Counted from the stretch's first letter, positions 1 to 10,171 are shown. The stretch is DNA of 64,000 nt from a candidate division WOR-3 bacterium (GCA_965649205.1 CBFGJV010000005.1:32001-96000), one strand, 5' to 3'. The notes: generated by a model from the letters alone, not told the origin. Numbers and translations: made by a program.

Positions 1-2
1 AT

Positions 3-2162
3 CTTACAGATGACATTTTCCCCGGGAAGGACCTCAATTACGGTTACAACCGTCTGGCCGCTAGCATCGGTGGTCCCACACCGTTGTGGAACAGGTTGCG
101 TTACTTTATTTCTACAGAGTATCTGAAGACTGACGATGACCGGGGTTGTCTCTATCGGGTTGACGCTCCGCGGGGAGAGTATGCAGCCGAGGGTAAACTG
201 ACCCTGGCCATGCCCAAATCCTTCCCGCTGACGAAAGAAGGGCTGAAACTGACGCTGGACGGGTATCATTCCAACTACCAGTGGCGGACCTATTCGCATA
301 CATACAAGTTCTGGCTCCGGGGTCTTTATGCCAACCGGGTAAGGTCCACCAAGAGCAATCTGACTTTGAACCATATGCTTTCGCCCACCACGGTGTACGA
401 AGCCAAGGCCGGGTTGTTTATGACTTCGCTCATGCGTTCGGTGCGTAACTTCTATGCGGAAGAGGCTGATACCCTTGGCTTCTGGGGCACCATGCGCAAG
501 TTGGGCATCTGGGACAGATATTTCTTCCGCGCCGAGGACTGGGTGTTCAACTGGAAGCGATACTATGACTATGAGATGGCTCATCCGGACAGGTTTGATA
601 CCACCAAGACCCCTCGCAGTATTCAGGATGCGGTATTGAAGCTGTTCCGGTCCTACTGGCTGACGCCGGATTCAGTGATTGTGTACGCTCACCCTGGGGA
701 ACGGAATTTCTTGCAGGGGTATGCGATGATTGACAATCCCTACGGAGTGGCGGGGTTATTCATCACGGAAGGCGACGACCGCTCCTGGCACTATCGGGCG
801 ACGAATCAGTACTACGGGAAAATAGACCTGACCCGTACCATAAACAAGGTGCACGAAATAAAGACGGGCGTGCACATTACGCAGTATTCCATCTCGGTTT
901 ATGAGAATTCTCTGCCTTGGGACCCGAATCCATTCTGGGACGCCTTCAATTACAAACCGCTGGTGGCCGCGGCTTATCTGCAGGACAAGGCTGACTTTGA
1001 AGACTTGGTAGTGCGGGCAGGTTTGAGATTCGACCTGCTTGATTCCAAAGCGAGGGTGAGGGCATTCCCAGAGAGTCTGGGCGCTCGGCCGGAGATTGCG
1101 GACAGCATGCTGCCGGTTCCGGCAAAGTATCGGCTGTCTCCCCGTCTGGGTCTGTCTTACCCCATTACGGAGAGAATCAAGTTCAGGTTTAGCTACGGTC
1201 ACTTCTTCAAGAATCCGACGTTCAGCAATCTCTATACTTATGCAGACAAGAGCGCGGCTGAGCTGCGGGGACGAGGAAACATTGTGGTTGGTAATGCGGA
1301 TATGAGCGCAGAGAAGACGGTGGCCTATGAAATGGGATTTGACGCCCAGCTGTCGGACATATTCCAGTTCGATGTGACTGCTTTCTACAAGGACGTATTT
1401 GACCTTTCGGGCATCAGAACAGTGCAGGCTTTGCCGCAGCCCTATTCTATGTTCTACAATGTGGAGTATGCCCGCATTCAGGGATTTGAGGCGACGATGG
1501 TCAAGGTGCTGTCCGATTACTGGTCGGCCCGCATAGGCTATACCTTCAGCATAGCCAAGGGCACCGCTTCGGACGCCTGGACTCAGTATGGACGCAGCAC
1601 TCCGTACAAGATAGACTACTACCTGGCGCAGGATAAGCGACATTCTTTGAACGGTGATTTGGGATTCTCCTTCCCCTCTGATTTCGCCTTCGTTCCGCTG
1701 CGAGATTTCAACATATCCGGCGTTGCCTCCTATGGCTCGGGCACACCCTACACTCCCACTGATATAAGAGGGCAGCCTACTGGTCCGGAAAATTCCGCCA
1801 GACTGCCGAGCACGTTCAACGTAGACGCCAGGATGTCAAAAGACCTGCGTCTGGGAGGAGTGGCGCTTACGCTTTCCTGCGACGTGACCAATGTGACCAA
1901 CGCTATTCAGATAGTCAATGTGCACTCTGCCACAGGTAAGCCGGATTTCACTGGCAGGATAATTACACCTGCGGAATTCGGCAGCGGCATAGCCTTTGGC
2001 GATTTCTACTACCATCCGGCGCGCGACTATAATCACGACGGATATCTTAGCCGGTTTGAGATGTATCACTCCTATGTGCGAGCCTACAATGACAGAAACA
2101 ATCCTCCGACTTTCTACGGTCCGCCGCGGAAAGTACGGATCGGCGTCAGTCTGTCGTTCTAA
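3..2162 (+). CDS. TonB-dependent outer-membrane receptor, barrel part (5' truncated by window edge)
   Basis: Frame is open from nt 3. Barrel motifs LSPRLGLSYP, FRFSYGHFFKNP, GNADMSAEKTVAYEMG, FDVTAFYKD; C-terminal GPPRKVRIGVSLSF with terminal Phe. Confidence 0.9.
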   Translation, partial: LTDDIFPGKDLNYGYNRLAASIGGPTPLWNRLRYFISTEYLKTDDDRGCLYRVDAPRGEYAAEGKLTLAMPKSFPLTKEGLKLTLDGYHSNYQWRTYSHTYKFWLRGLYANRVRSTKSNLTLNHMLSPTTVYEAKAGLFMTSLMRSVRNFYAEEADTLGFWGTMRKLGIWDRYFFRAEDWVFNWKRYYDYEMAHPDRFDTTKTPRSIQDAVLKLFRSYWLTPDSVIVYAHPGERNFLQGYAMIDNPYGVAGLFITEGDDRSWHYRATNQYYGKIDLTRTINKVHEIKTGVHITQYSISVYENSLPWDPNPFWDAFNYKPLVAAAYLQDKADFEDLVVRAGLRFDLLDSKARVRAFPESLGARPEIADSMLPVPAKYRLSPRLGLSYPITERIKFRFSYGHFFKNPTFSNLYTYADKSAAELRGRGNIVVGNADMSAEKTVAYEMGFDAQLSDIFQFDVTAFYKDVFDLSGIRTVQALPQPYSMFYNVEYARIQGFEATMVKVLSDYWSARIGYTFSIAKGTASDAWTQYGRSTPYKIDYYLAQDKRHSLNGDLGFSFPSDFAFVPLRDFNISGVASYGSGTPYTPTDIRGQPTGPENSARLPSTFNVDARMSKDLRLGGVALTLSCDVTNVTNAIQIVNVHSATGKPDFTGRIITPAEFGSGIAFGDFYYHPARDYNHDGYLSRFEMYHSYVRAYNDRNNPPTFYGPPRKVRIGVSLSF

Positions 2163-2172
2163 GGAGGCATAA

Positions 2173-5043
2173 ATGAGAAATATGAACAACAAATACAGGG
2201 TCGGAATGAGTCTCTTGCTACTTCTGGTGTTTGCCGGCAGCGTGCTGGCTGCCACTGCCACACCACCGCCTCCGCCCAAGCGGGTGTACGATATGAAGTG
2301 GCTGAATATCAATAAGTGGAGGTGTCCGTTCTACAACGATGGCCGGTACGGAATTGACGTAACCCGCGGTTCCGGCGCGGCCGGAGGCTCCTGGCCTCAG
2401 CCCTTCAAGAATATGTACATATTCGGTGCGGGTATGTGGTTTGGCAGTTTGAAGCCGCGCGGGGAAAGGGTGGATACGCTGGTTACCTTTGGTTACAACC
2501 CGAACTCGGGTGGCACGGAGATGACTCCCACAGCTGCCGCCTACGCGGACGAGGGGGCGGGCAATCCTCTGGACCGGATTTACGTCTTCCCCAACGACTG
2601 GCCGCCACCGCAGAGCCGCTTCGGCACAGATACTTCCCTGGTGCCGCAGGAGAACTTCTCCTTGCAGGATATGTGGTGTGTTTACTGCGACCTGGGCAAG
2701 GAGAATCACATCGCTCCGGGCTATCCGCAGGGAGTAGAGTTCTATCAGACAATCTACGCTTGGAATTATCCGGCCAATCAGGACATATTCTTCATCGTGT
2801 ATAAGGTGCGCAATGTGAGTAACGACACGCTGAAGAATTGCTATATTGGCGCCCTGATGGACCCGGATATCGGTGACCATACGGATGATATGGTGGGTCT
2901 GCTGCTGAATGATTTGGTGCCAGGCGTACCTGATACCGTGAAAAATGTCGGTTACGTGGGCGACAACAACAATCAGGAAAACCCGGGCGAAACCTGGGAA
3001 CAGGGCACGCCGGGAGTGGTTGCCTACAAGTTTCTTGAGTCTCCGCGCGGACCGGACGGACGCCAGCTGGGTATGACCGCGTTCAAGAAGTTTACGATTG
3101 ACATTGACCCGGTTACAGACCCGGCCCAGTATCTGACTATGGCAGGTTACGACTATCGAACCGGCGTAAAGTCTCCTTATGACTCGGTTGATGGAGCTCC
3201 TGCAGACAAACGTTTTATTCAGTGTTCTGGGCCGTTCAATCTGGCCCCGGGGCAGGTGGAAGTTTTGATTGTAGCAACGATTGCCGCACCTTACGGCGGG
3301 CCTGGTCAGAGTTGGGAAGAGCGACGGGCTACTCCGGAATCCCTGGTACATCTGGCGAGAACGGCCAATAACGCGCAGTTTATCTATGACCAGGGCTGGT
3401 TGTTGCCCGGGCCGCCGGCTTCGCCCAATATCACCTTGATACCCGGAGACAACTCGGTGCGGATTGTCTGGGATAATCTGTCGGAAATAACCCCAGACCC
3501 GTACTACGAGAAGGTGGCTTCCAAACCGTGGCCCAGCCCGGGACACGACCCAATGTACAAGGCCTACGATTTTCAGGGTTACATCGTGTACAAGTCCCGG
3601 AACGGCTCGGACTGGAGCATTTTGGCGCAGTGCGACCGCATAGACTCAATCATGTTTAAGTATCCGCCAGCCGGAGACAGCGCGACTCCGGAGAGTCTGT
3701 GGATACAGGCGACGGATAAGGGAGTATTCTACTCAGTAGAGGATAAGAATGTCATAAATGGTTACACGTATTACTACTGCGTAACCGCATACGACTGGAA
3801 TTATGTAACAACGGACTGGGATACGACCCAGACTCCGCCCAGACCCAAGGCTTGGGATACTCTTATTTTGCGTTCGGGGATTGTGGCTAACTATTCCACT
3901 GTGCCGCGCTGGCACGCGGCGAACTACGAAAATCCTTTAACCAGAGTTGACATCCTGGCGGGAAATCCGGATACGTTGACGCAGGGGCTCAAACTTTCCA
4001 GTTCCGTAGTTATACCTTACAAGGTTACCGCAGACACCTACGAGATACGCTTCCTGGACCCGGTTTATATTACCGCGTCAAAGTACAGGTGCCGCTATGT
4101 GGTGACGAACATATCAAAAGACAGTGTAGTGCTGGATACTACCGGATTTGATTACACGGTAGGAACAACGGTGGCGTTTTCTCTGCCGGTGTATAACGGG
4201 CAGGAAACCAAGTTGAGATTGTCATATACTGCACCGACCCAACCGTTTGACGACGCTACAGTTGAAACTGGTACTTATCCCAAAGAGCGGGTTAGGCCGG
4301 TAAGGGTGAGCGCGGGCGAACAGAAGGCGTTGTGGTGTTTCACGGGCGCTGATTACCGGATAGAATGGATAACGCTCAGCACGGGTAAATTGAGTGCCAG
4401 AATAACAGATGTGCATACCGGGCGCGTGCTACCCTTCACCCGTTACGACACCAGACAGGCGGCGGACGCAAATGGCTGGTGTTTTGTGAACCGGGTAGCG
4501 CAGAGACCCAATGATACGTTGACGACCGGAGCGGCTCTCATCTATATCTGCGGCGGATATGTGGCGATGAACTACACCGGCACTGTCGGCGATTCCATCG
4601 GCGGGCTCATAAGCGAGATAAAGGACGGTGACGTGTGGATGGTTACCGGTCACAAGGCGCAGAAGACGGCCGGTCATTACAATGTGTTCCAGCTGATATC
4701 CAAGCCGGGTGGGGAAAAGACTACGCGAGTTGATTCTCTCAAGGTCAAAGTCGTGCCTAATCCCTACATCGTGTTCAACCAGTGGGAGAAGAGTTCTGAC
4801 GACCGTAAGATCAAGTTCACCCATCTGCCTATGACTTGCACGATTCGGATTTTCACCCTTTCCGGTGACTTGGTGAAGGTGATAGAGCACAAGGATGACC
4901 CGAATGCGCCTCTGGACCGGGGAGGAACCGCCAGCTGGGATCTGTTGAATGACAACTCACAGCTCATTGCCTCAGGCGTGTATGTGTACCACGTCACGTC
5001 TGATGTGGGCGATTACACCGGCAAGTTTGTGGTCATCCACTAG
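2173..5043 (+). CDS. Secreted 956-aa protein with FN3-like domain and C-terminal T9SS-A/FlgD-Ig-like sorting domain
   Basis: SD AAGGAGG; signal peptide then a PPPPP linker; FN3-like segment (VRIVWDN...GYIVYKS...YYYCVTAYD); C-terminus VVPNPY...IRIFTLSGDLVK...WDLLN...ASGVYVYHV...KFVVIH. Confidence 0.8.
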   Translation: MRNMNNKYRVGMSLLLLLVFAGSVLAATATPPPPPKRVYDMKWLNINKWRCPFYNDGRYGIDVTRGSGAAGGSWPQPFKNMYIFGAGMWFGSLKPRGERVDTLVTFGYNPNSGGTEMTPTAAAYADEGAGNPLDRIYVFPNDWPPPQSRFGTDTSLVPQENFSLQDMWCVYCDLGKENHIAPGYPQGVEFYQTIYAWNYPANQDIFFIVYKVRNVSNDTLKNCYIGALMDPDIGDHTDDMVGLLLNDLVPGVPDTVKNVGYVGDNNNQENPGETWEQGTPGVVAYKFLESPRGPDGRQLGMTAFKKFTIDIDPVTDPAQYLTMAGYDYRTGVKSPYDSVDGAPADKRFIQCSGPFNLAPGQVEVLIVATIAAPYGGPGQSWEERRATPESLVHLARTANNAQFIYDQGWLLPGPPASPNITLIPGDNSVRIVWDNLSEITPDPYYEKVASKPWPSPGHDPMYKAYDFQGYIVYKSRNGSDWSILAQCDRIDSIMFKYPPAGDSATPESLWIQATDKGVFYSVEDKNVINGYTYYYCVTAYDWNYVTTDWDTTQTPPRPKAWDTLILRSGIVANYSTVPRWHAANYENPLTRVDILAGNPDTLTQGLKLSSSVVIPYKVTADTYEIRFLDPVYITASKYRCRYVVTNISKDSVVLDTTGFDYTVGTTVAFSLPVYNGQETKLRLSYTAPTQPFDDATVETGTYPKERVRPVRVSAGEQKALWCFTGADYRIEWITLSTGKLSARITDVHTGRVLPFTRYDTRQAADANGWCFVNRVAQRPNDTLTTGAALIYICGGYVAMNYTGTVGDSIGGLISEIKDGDVWMVTGHKAQKTAGHYNVFQLISKPGGEKTTRVDSLKVKVVPNPYIVFNQWEKSSDDRKIKFTHLPMTCTIRIFTLSGDLVKVIEHKDDPNAPLDRGGTASWDLLNDNSQLIASGVYVYHVTSDVGDYTGKFVVIH

Positions 5044-5059
5044 AGGAACGGAGGAAAAG

Positions 5060-6124
5060 ATGAAAACAACCAATAACACTTTTCCGGTGAGACTGCTGGT
5101 AGTGTCCCTGCTGGTGCTAATGACTGCGTCGGTAGGGCTGGCAGCGTTTTCCAAGGTGGGTACGACAGGCGCGGCGTTTCTGAAGATAGGCGTGGGCAGA
5201 GCGACGGCAATGGGAGAGGCCTTCACGGCCATTGCCGACGACGCCTCAGCCTGTTACTTCAACCCGGCCGGTCTGGCGCACACCGTCCGGCAGGTGCAGT
5301 TCAATCACGCGGACTGGATTGCGGACATAAACCACGACCATCTGGCTGTGGTGCTGCCCTGGACCAATTTCGGCACGCTGAGTTTCGCGGTTACGGCCCT
5401 GTCTATGGGAGATATGGAGCAGACTACCGTAGATAATCCGTCAACCCGGGCACGCGAAGACGAAGGCACAGGGCTGAAATTCGGCGCGGCAGACTTTGCG
5501 GTGGGCGTTTCCTATGCCCGTATCATCACAGACAAACTGTCCTTTGGCTTTACGGCCCGGGCGGTACAGCAGACCATATGGGATATGTCCGCCAGCGCCC
5601 TGGGGGTGGATTTCGGACTCTATTACAACACCGGATTCCGCTCGCTGCGTATCGGCGCCACTGTATCCAATTTCGGCACCCAGCTGGCGTTCACCGGTCG
5701 GCAGCTGGAGTACGGGTTCACCTGGCCGGGTGATTCCGGACCACCGGGTCTGCGCGGCAGCTATCGTACGGACGCAATGCCTCTGCCGACTGTGTTCCGG
5801 TTCGGGATTGCGTATGACCTGATGGATACGGAGCAGAGCAAACTGACGGCGGCAGTGGACCTGACTCATCCCTCGGACATAAACGAGACGGTAAACTTCG
5901 GGTTGGAGTATGGTTACTCAAATCTGTTTTTCCTGCGGGGCGGATATATACTGAATGTGGATCAGGAGTATGCCGAGAAGGTCGGTCGGATTTCCGGGCT
6001 TACGGCCGGCTGCGGAGTGAAGGCAGAGCCGACCCAAGGTCTGAAGCTCGGCCTGGATTATTCCTTCCGCTTTCTCAAGTATCTGAGGCCCACGCATCGG
6101 GTGCAGTTGACTGTAGGTTTCTAG
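5060..6124 (+). CDS. PorV/PorQ-family (UPF0164/FadL-like) outer-membrane beta-barrel
   Basis: ATG 5060 after GGAGG; signal peptide; GTTGAAFLKIGVGRATAMGEAFTAIADDASACYFNPAGL is the typical N-terminal motif; ends HRVQLTVGF. Confidence 0.85.
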   Translation: MKTTNNTFPVRLLVVSLLVLMTASVGLAAFSKVGTTGAAFLKIGVGRATAMGEAFTAIADDASACYFNPAGLAHTVRQVQFNHADWIADINHDHLAVVLPWTNFGTLSFAVTALSMGDMEQTTVDNPSTRAREDEGTGLKFGAADFAVGVSYARIITDKLSFGFTARAVQQTIWDMSASALGVDFGLYYNTGFRSLRIGATVSNFGTQLAFTGRQLEYGFTWPGDSGPPGLRGSYRTDAMPLPTVFRFGIAYDLMDTEQSKLTAAVDLTHPSDINETVNFGLEYGYSNLFFLRGGYILNVDQEYAEKVGRISGLTAGCGVKAEPTQGLKLGLDYSFRFLKYLRPTHRVQLTVGF

Positions 6125-6147
6125 CTCTAATTTCGTGAAGGCAGTAG

Positions 6148-6180
6148 CAGCAGGAGCCCGGCTGGGCTCCTGCTGTCTTC
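6148..6180 (+). terminator. GC-rich hairpin, probable intrinsic terminator or mRNA stabiliser after the PorV-like gene
   Basis: CAGCAGGAGCCC-GGCT-GGGCTCCTGCTG: perfect 12-bp stem, but only a weak U tract (TCTTC). Confidence 0.65.
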
Positions 6181-6207
6181 AGAGAGGCGTTTCGGAGCCA
6201 GAGAATT

Positions 6208-8400
6208 ATGAATTACTCACGACAGTTTGGTTCTGAGTCCAGGCAGGGGAAAGTAATCAGGAGGCGGAACTGGACAGTGTTCGTATTCTTGTTCTTGGTG
6301 CTGGGAGGATGGGCGAGTCTGGTGCGGGCTGCACAGTGGACCGTAGGTATTTATATGTGTGCGGATAACGGTATGAATGACCAGGCCTACGAAGACTTGG
6401 CAGAGATGAAACAGATAGGCTCTTCAAACGAGGTCAATATCATTGTGCAGGTGGACAATGCTGCCAGAGATTCCCATCCCGGTTGCCGCCGCTACCGGAT
6501 AAGAAAGAACGGGCTGGAGTTGCTTGCCGACCTGGGCGAAGTGGATATGGCTGATACGGCAACGCTTATCGGGTTTGGGCGATTTTTGGCCCAGAAGTTT
6601 CCGGCCGACAAATACTTTCTTGTACTCTGGGATCATGGCAGCGGCTGGCACGAAGGTACGGGCAGGACGGACTGGATATTTCAGGATGAAACGCCTGTTT
6701 TCCGAACAATGGGCGTGGCAGGAGGAGAGCTGGCCGCGGCAGTGGCTTCCATCAAGAGAATACTGGGCAAAAGAATTGCCATACTGGGGTTTGACGCCTG
6801 TCTTATGGGTATGATGGAAGTGGCCACAGAGGTGCTGGGAGGGTGCGATTATATGTTGGGCTCAGAAGGGCTGGTGCCGTGGGGAGGTTGGCCCTATGAC
6901 AAGATACTGGAACTTCTGGTCGCAAGTCCTGTTTCCACCCCAGAGGAAGTGCTACCCGCGGTGTGCGCGGCCTATGTGGAAGCATATCCGGGTGAGGATG
7001 TGTGTCTTTCTGCTTTGAATATGCGGCAGCTTACGAGAGTGCTGTCTGCCTGTCGGAGAGTGCTGCAGGACAGTCTGGACATTTCCCGGTCAGAACTGCG
7101 AACAGCGCGGCAGCAGGTACAGACATTTCCGCTGGAGCCGGGCCACAGGCCGGTTCCTGCCGATGACCATATTGATTTTGGCCATTTCTGGCAACTGGGG
7201 GCAGAGTTGCCCGGCGTTCGGTCTCTGCGGATGGCGCTTGCGCCTCTGGTGGTGGCAGAGAGCAGTCAGGCCGGTTTTGACCGGGCGCAGGGAGCCGCAG
7301 TGTGGTTTCCTGACAACTACCTGGCGTTCAAGGCCGCAGCCAGGGCCTATGCTCGGTTGGCTTTTGCCGATTCCGTGCCGTGGCTGGAGTTTCTGAATGC
7401 GTATTTTGCTCTGGATGATGTGAAACCGACGCAGCCGGCTTTCACCCATTCCCGCCTAAGCAGAAAGAGGGATTTGCAGTTGTGGTGGAGTTCGGCCTGG
7501 GACCTGGCACCGGTGACATACACCCTGTACGAGTTTGACCGGGCAGAAGAGATGTTTTCTGATTACTGCGAGGATATGAACAACTGGAGCGCAGGAGGTT
7601 GGACGACCAGCAGCCGATATGTCCGTTCGGCCGCAAACTCCTTTTTTTCCGGGTCAGCTTCCAATCTGGATAACAGGCTGGTTCTGCTTGCGCCGTTGGA
7701 ACTAAGTCAGGGCGGTCTCCTTTCTTTTTTCGCCTTGTTTCAGACAGAAGAAGCGTTTGATTCTGCGGGGAGAATCAGACGGGACGTCTGCGTGTGTGAA
7801 TGGTCCGGAGACCGTATACACTGGTCGGTGCTGGATTCGTTCTACGGTTCGTCTCTTTCCTGGCAGGAGCGTCGCTATGTGCTACCCGCCTGTTCCAGTC
7901 TGTATCTGCGCTTTCGGTATGTCACCAATGGCAGCATCAATGGTCTGGGCGTTTTTCTGGAAGACATAAAGGTGTACCGGTTTGGCGAGTCCAGGATGGT
8001 AGCTGGTGGGGTGCGGGACACCTTTTTCCGTCTGTTCAATCTGAAACAGGGTACGCATAATTTCGTTGTGACAGCCCGGGACAGCTTCGGTAATGTTTCC
8101 CTGGCCAGCTATGCGCGGCAGGTGGAGGTGGCAGACTACGCCGAGCCTTACACCAGGCCGGCTCCGTTTTCCGGGGCGTGCCAGCTGGTACTGGACTTTC
8201 CGGCCGATGAAACTGTGGACGTCACCATACATACTGTCTCCGGTACGCCAGTCAGACGTTTTGACAGAGTTACCGAACGGCTGCTGGCCTGGGATGGCCG
8301 CAATCAGGCGGGCAGGGAATTAGCTGACGGAATGTACCTGGTGGTTGTAGAGGGAAAGAGTTTCCGCCAAGTGGGCAGAATCGCCAAGGTGGCGAGGTAG
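6208..8400 (+). CDS. Clostripain-family (C11) cysteine peptidase with jelly-roll/FN3 domains and FlgD-like CTD
   Basis: WTVGIYMCADN, LVLWDHGSGW (catalytic His), ILGFDACLMG (catalytic Cys); C-terminal WDGRNQAGRELADGMYLV. Start uncertain. Confidence 0.85.
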   Translation: MNYSRQFGSESRQGKVIRRRNWTVFVFLFLVLGGWASLVRAAQWTVGIYMCADNGMNDQAYEDLAEMKQIGSSNEVNIIVQVDNAARDSHPGCRRYRIRKNGLELLADLGEVDMADTATLIGFGRFLAQKFPADKYFLVLWDHGSGWHEGTGRTDWIFQDETPVFRTMGVAGGELAAAVASIKRILGKRIAILGFDACLMGMMEVATEVLGGCDYMLGSEGLVPWGGWPYDKILELLVASPVSTPEEVLPAVCAAYVEAYPGEDVCLSALNMRQLTRVLSACRRVLQDSLDISRSELRTARQQVQTFPLEPGHRPVPADDHIDFGHFWQLGAELPGVRSLRMALAPLVVAESSQAGFDRAQGAAVWFPDNYLAFKAAARAYARLAFADSVPWLEFLNAYFALDDVKPTQPAFTHSRLSRKRDLQLWWSSAWDLAPVTYTLYEFDRAEEMFSDYCEDMNNWSAGGWTTSSRYVRSAANSFFSGSASNLDNRLVLLAPLELSQGGLLSFFALFQTEEAFDSAGRIRRDVCVCEWSGDRIHWSVLDSFYGSSLSWQERRYVLPACSSLYLRFRYVTNGSINGLGVFLEDIKVYRFGESRMVAGGVRDTFFRLFNLKQGTHNFVVTARDSFGNVSLASYARQVEVADYAEPYTRPAPFSGACQLVLDFPADETVDVTIHTVSGTPVRRFDRVTERLLAWDGRNQAGRELADGMYLVVVEGKSFRQVGRIAKVAR

Positions 8401-8425
8401 TAGCCAGTCAAGCAGGACGGTTTTT

Positions 8426-9826
8426 CTAATCCGGCAGGATTTTGCCCGGGTTGAGTATGCAGTCCGGGTCCCAAGCCTGTTTGAGCTGGCGCATTAGTTC
8501 CAGTTCTCTTGTGCCCAGCGCCCGCTTCATCCAGCGCCGCTTTTCGGAGCCGATACCATGTTCAGCCGAAATCTGACCGCCGGAGGCAAGGACAAAGTCA
8601 ATCAGCTCGCTGAACATGCGGTCGCGGTCCTGTGACCAGTCTGGCCGGTTGGAGTCACGGCACACATCCACGTGGATATTTCCGTCGCCGATGTGGCCAA
8701 ACGGTACAATCGTAAGATTGTATTGTGACGCCAGCCGGGATATTTTGTCCACTGTGGCAGGAAGCTGGGACAGAGGAACCACGATATCTTCGGCACTAAC
8801 CTCCGGGTAGATTTTTTTCAGGGTGTCGGCCATCTTGCGGCGGGCGGTCCAGAGCCGGTTCTGGTCAGTAGGGTTGTCGGCAACCAGAGGTTCGGCTGCA
8901 CCCAATTCCAGGGCCATCTCCCCCAGACGGACGCAGTCGGCGATAACCTGTTCGCGTTCATTCCCCTCCAGTTCCACCAGTACCTGTATGGCAGCTTCCG
9001 GGTAGGGCAGATTAGAACCCAATACCTGGTTTACAGCTTGTATGCCCTGTCTTTCCATAAATTCTACGACCGCGGGCAAGATGCGGTTGTCATGTACCAG
9101 CCGCAGCACCAGCTCCACGCCCTGGCTGAGCTGGTTGAAAGGTATGAGTACATCAATCTGATATTTTGGTTTCGGTACCAGTCGCAACAGGGCTTCGGTT
9201 ACAACAGCCAGCGTGCCTTCGGAGCCGACCAGTATGCGACCCAGACCATAGCCTGTGGCGTTCTTGTGCAGCTTTCCGCCCCAGTGGATGATGCTTCCGT
9301 CAGGAAGAACAGCTTCCAGTCCCCGCACATAGTCGCCAGTTACTCCGTATTTGAAAGCGCGGGCACCGCCCGCATTTGTGGCGATGTTGCCGCCTATGGA
9401 GCAGTCTTCCAGCGAGGAGGGGTCAACCGGATAATAGAGGCCGTATTCCAGACAGGTTTTCTGTACCTTGTCGGTGGTAACCCCGGGCTGGGTTCTGACT
9501 ATGAAATTGGCAGGGTCAACTTCTATGACCCGGTTCATAAGCTCGGTGGAAACTATGATGCCGCCACATACCGCCACCGAACCGCCGGCCAAGCCGGTGC
9601 CCAGGCCGCGTGGAGTAACCGGTATCCGTTCTGTCTGACACAGGCGAAGTACGGCCGCTACTTCCTCCGGCGAGCAGACTTTTACTACTGCTGCAGGAAG
9701 ATAATCCGGCCCCGGACTTTCATCCCGACAGTAATCAGCCAGACACTCCGGCTCGGTAAGGACGCGGTCAGAACTCGTAAGCCGCTTCAGTTCGGAAAGA
9801 AACGCGGCTGTTACGGAGCCGTACAT
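8426..9826 (-). CDS. FAD-linked oxidoreductase, GlcD/D-lactate dehydrogenase family
   Basis: PRGLGTGLAGG, SIGGNIATNAGG, KYGVTGDYV, GHIGDGNIH, SAEHGIG, DPDCILNPGK. Confidence 0.9.
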   Translation of the reverse strand: MYGSVTAAFLSELKRLTSSDRVLTEPECLADYCRDESPGPDYLPAAVVKVCSPEEVAAVLRLCQTERIPVTPRGLGTGLAGGSVAVCGGIIVSTELMNRVIEVDPANFIVRTQPGVTTDKVQKTCLEYGLYYPVDPSSLEDCSIGGNIATNAGGARAFKYGVTGDYVRGLEAVLPDGSIIHWGGKLHKNATGYGLGRILVGSEGTLAVVTEALLRLVPKPKYQIDVLIPFNQLSQGVELVLRLVHDNRILPAVVEFMERQGIQAVNQVLGSNLPYPEAAIQVLVELEGNEREQVIADCVRLGEMALELGAAEPLVADNPTDQNRLWTARRKMADTLKKIYPEVSAEDIVVPLSQLPATVDKISRLASQYNLTIVPFGHIGDGNIHVDVCRDSNRPDWSQDRDRMFSELIDFVLASGGQISAEHGIGSEKRRWMKRALGTRELELMRQLKQAWDPDCILNPGKILPD

Positions 9827-9841
9827 CTACTCCGGCCCGGT

Positions 9842-10171
9842 TCAGGAAGTAAGATGCGCTTCCAGTTTCGAGACCAGAGCCGGTTCGGGCATCAACCCGA
9901 CTATGCGGTCAACCTCCACACCATTCTTGAAGACAATGAGGGTGGGAATGCCGTGGATGTTGAATCTGCCGGGTGTTTCCGGGCTTTCGTCTGTATTCAG
10001 TTTGCAGACTTTCATGCGGCCGGCAAACCTGGTTGCCAGCCTTTCGATAACCGGTGCCAGAGCCCGGCAGGGACCGCACCATGGAGCCCAGAAGTCCACC
10101 ACTACAGGCAGTTCCGATTTTGTTACTTCCGACTCAAAATTATCATCTCGCAGATGTACTATTCCGTCCAT
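9842..10171 (-). CDS. trxA: Thioredoxin
   Basis: [20 protein letters not shown] 10171 preceded by AAAGGA. Confidence 0.95.
   Translation of the reverse strand: MDGIVHLRDDNFESEVTKSELPVVVDFWAPWCGPCRALAPVIERLATRFAGRMKVCKLNTDESPETPGRFNIHGIPTLIVFKNGVEVDRIVGLMPEPALVSKLEAHLTS

Noticed and set aside
2218..3546. Other long antisense ORFs (also 9038-10204, 13721-14740, 21044-22189, 36838-38166, 47375-48304, 61633-62628)
   Set aside because: Each overlaps recognisable genes on the opposite strand and lacks family motifs.
4949..5059. ORF-track N-terminal extensions (also trxA, buk, fba, pfkB, rbr, tpx, fprA, iorB, radical SAM)
   Set aside because: They overlap upstream genes or promoters; downstream starts fit SD or -10 positions and family N-termini better.
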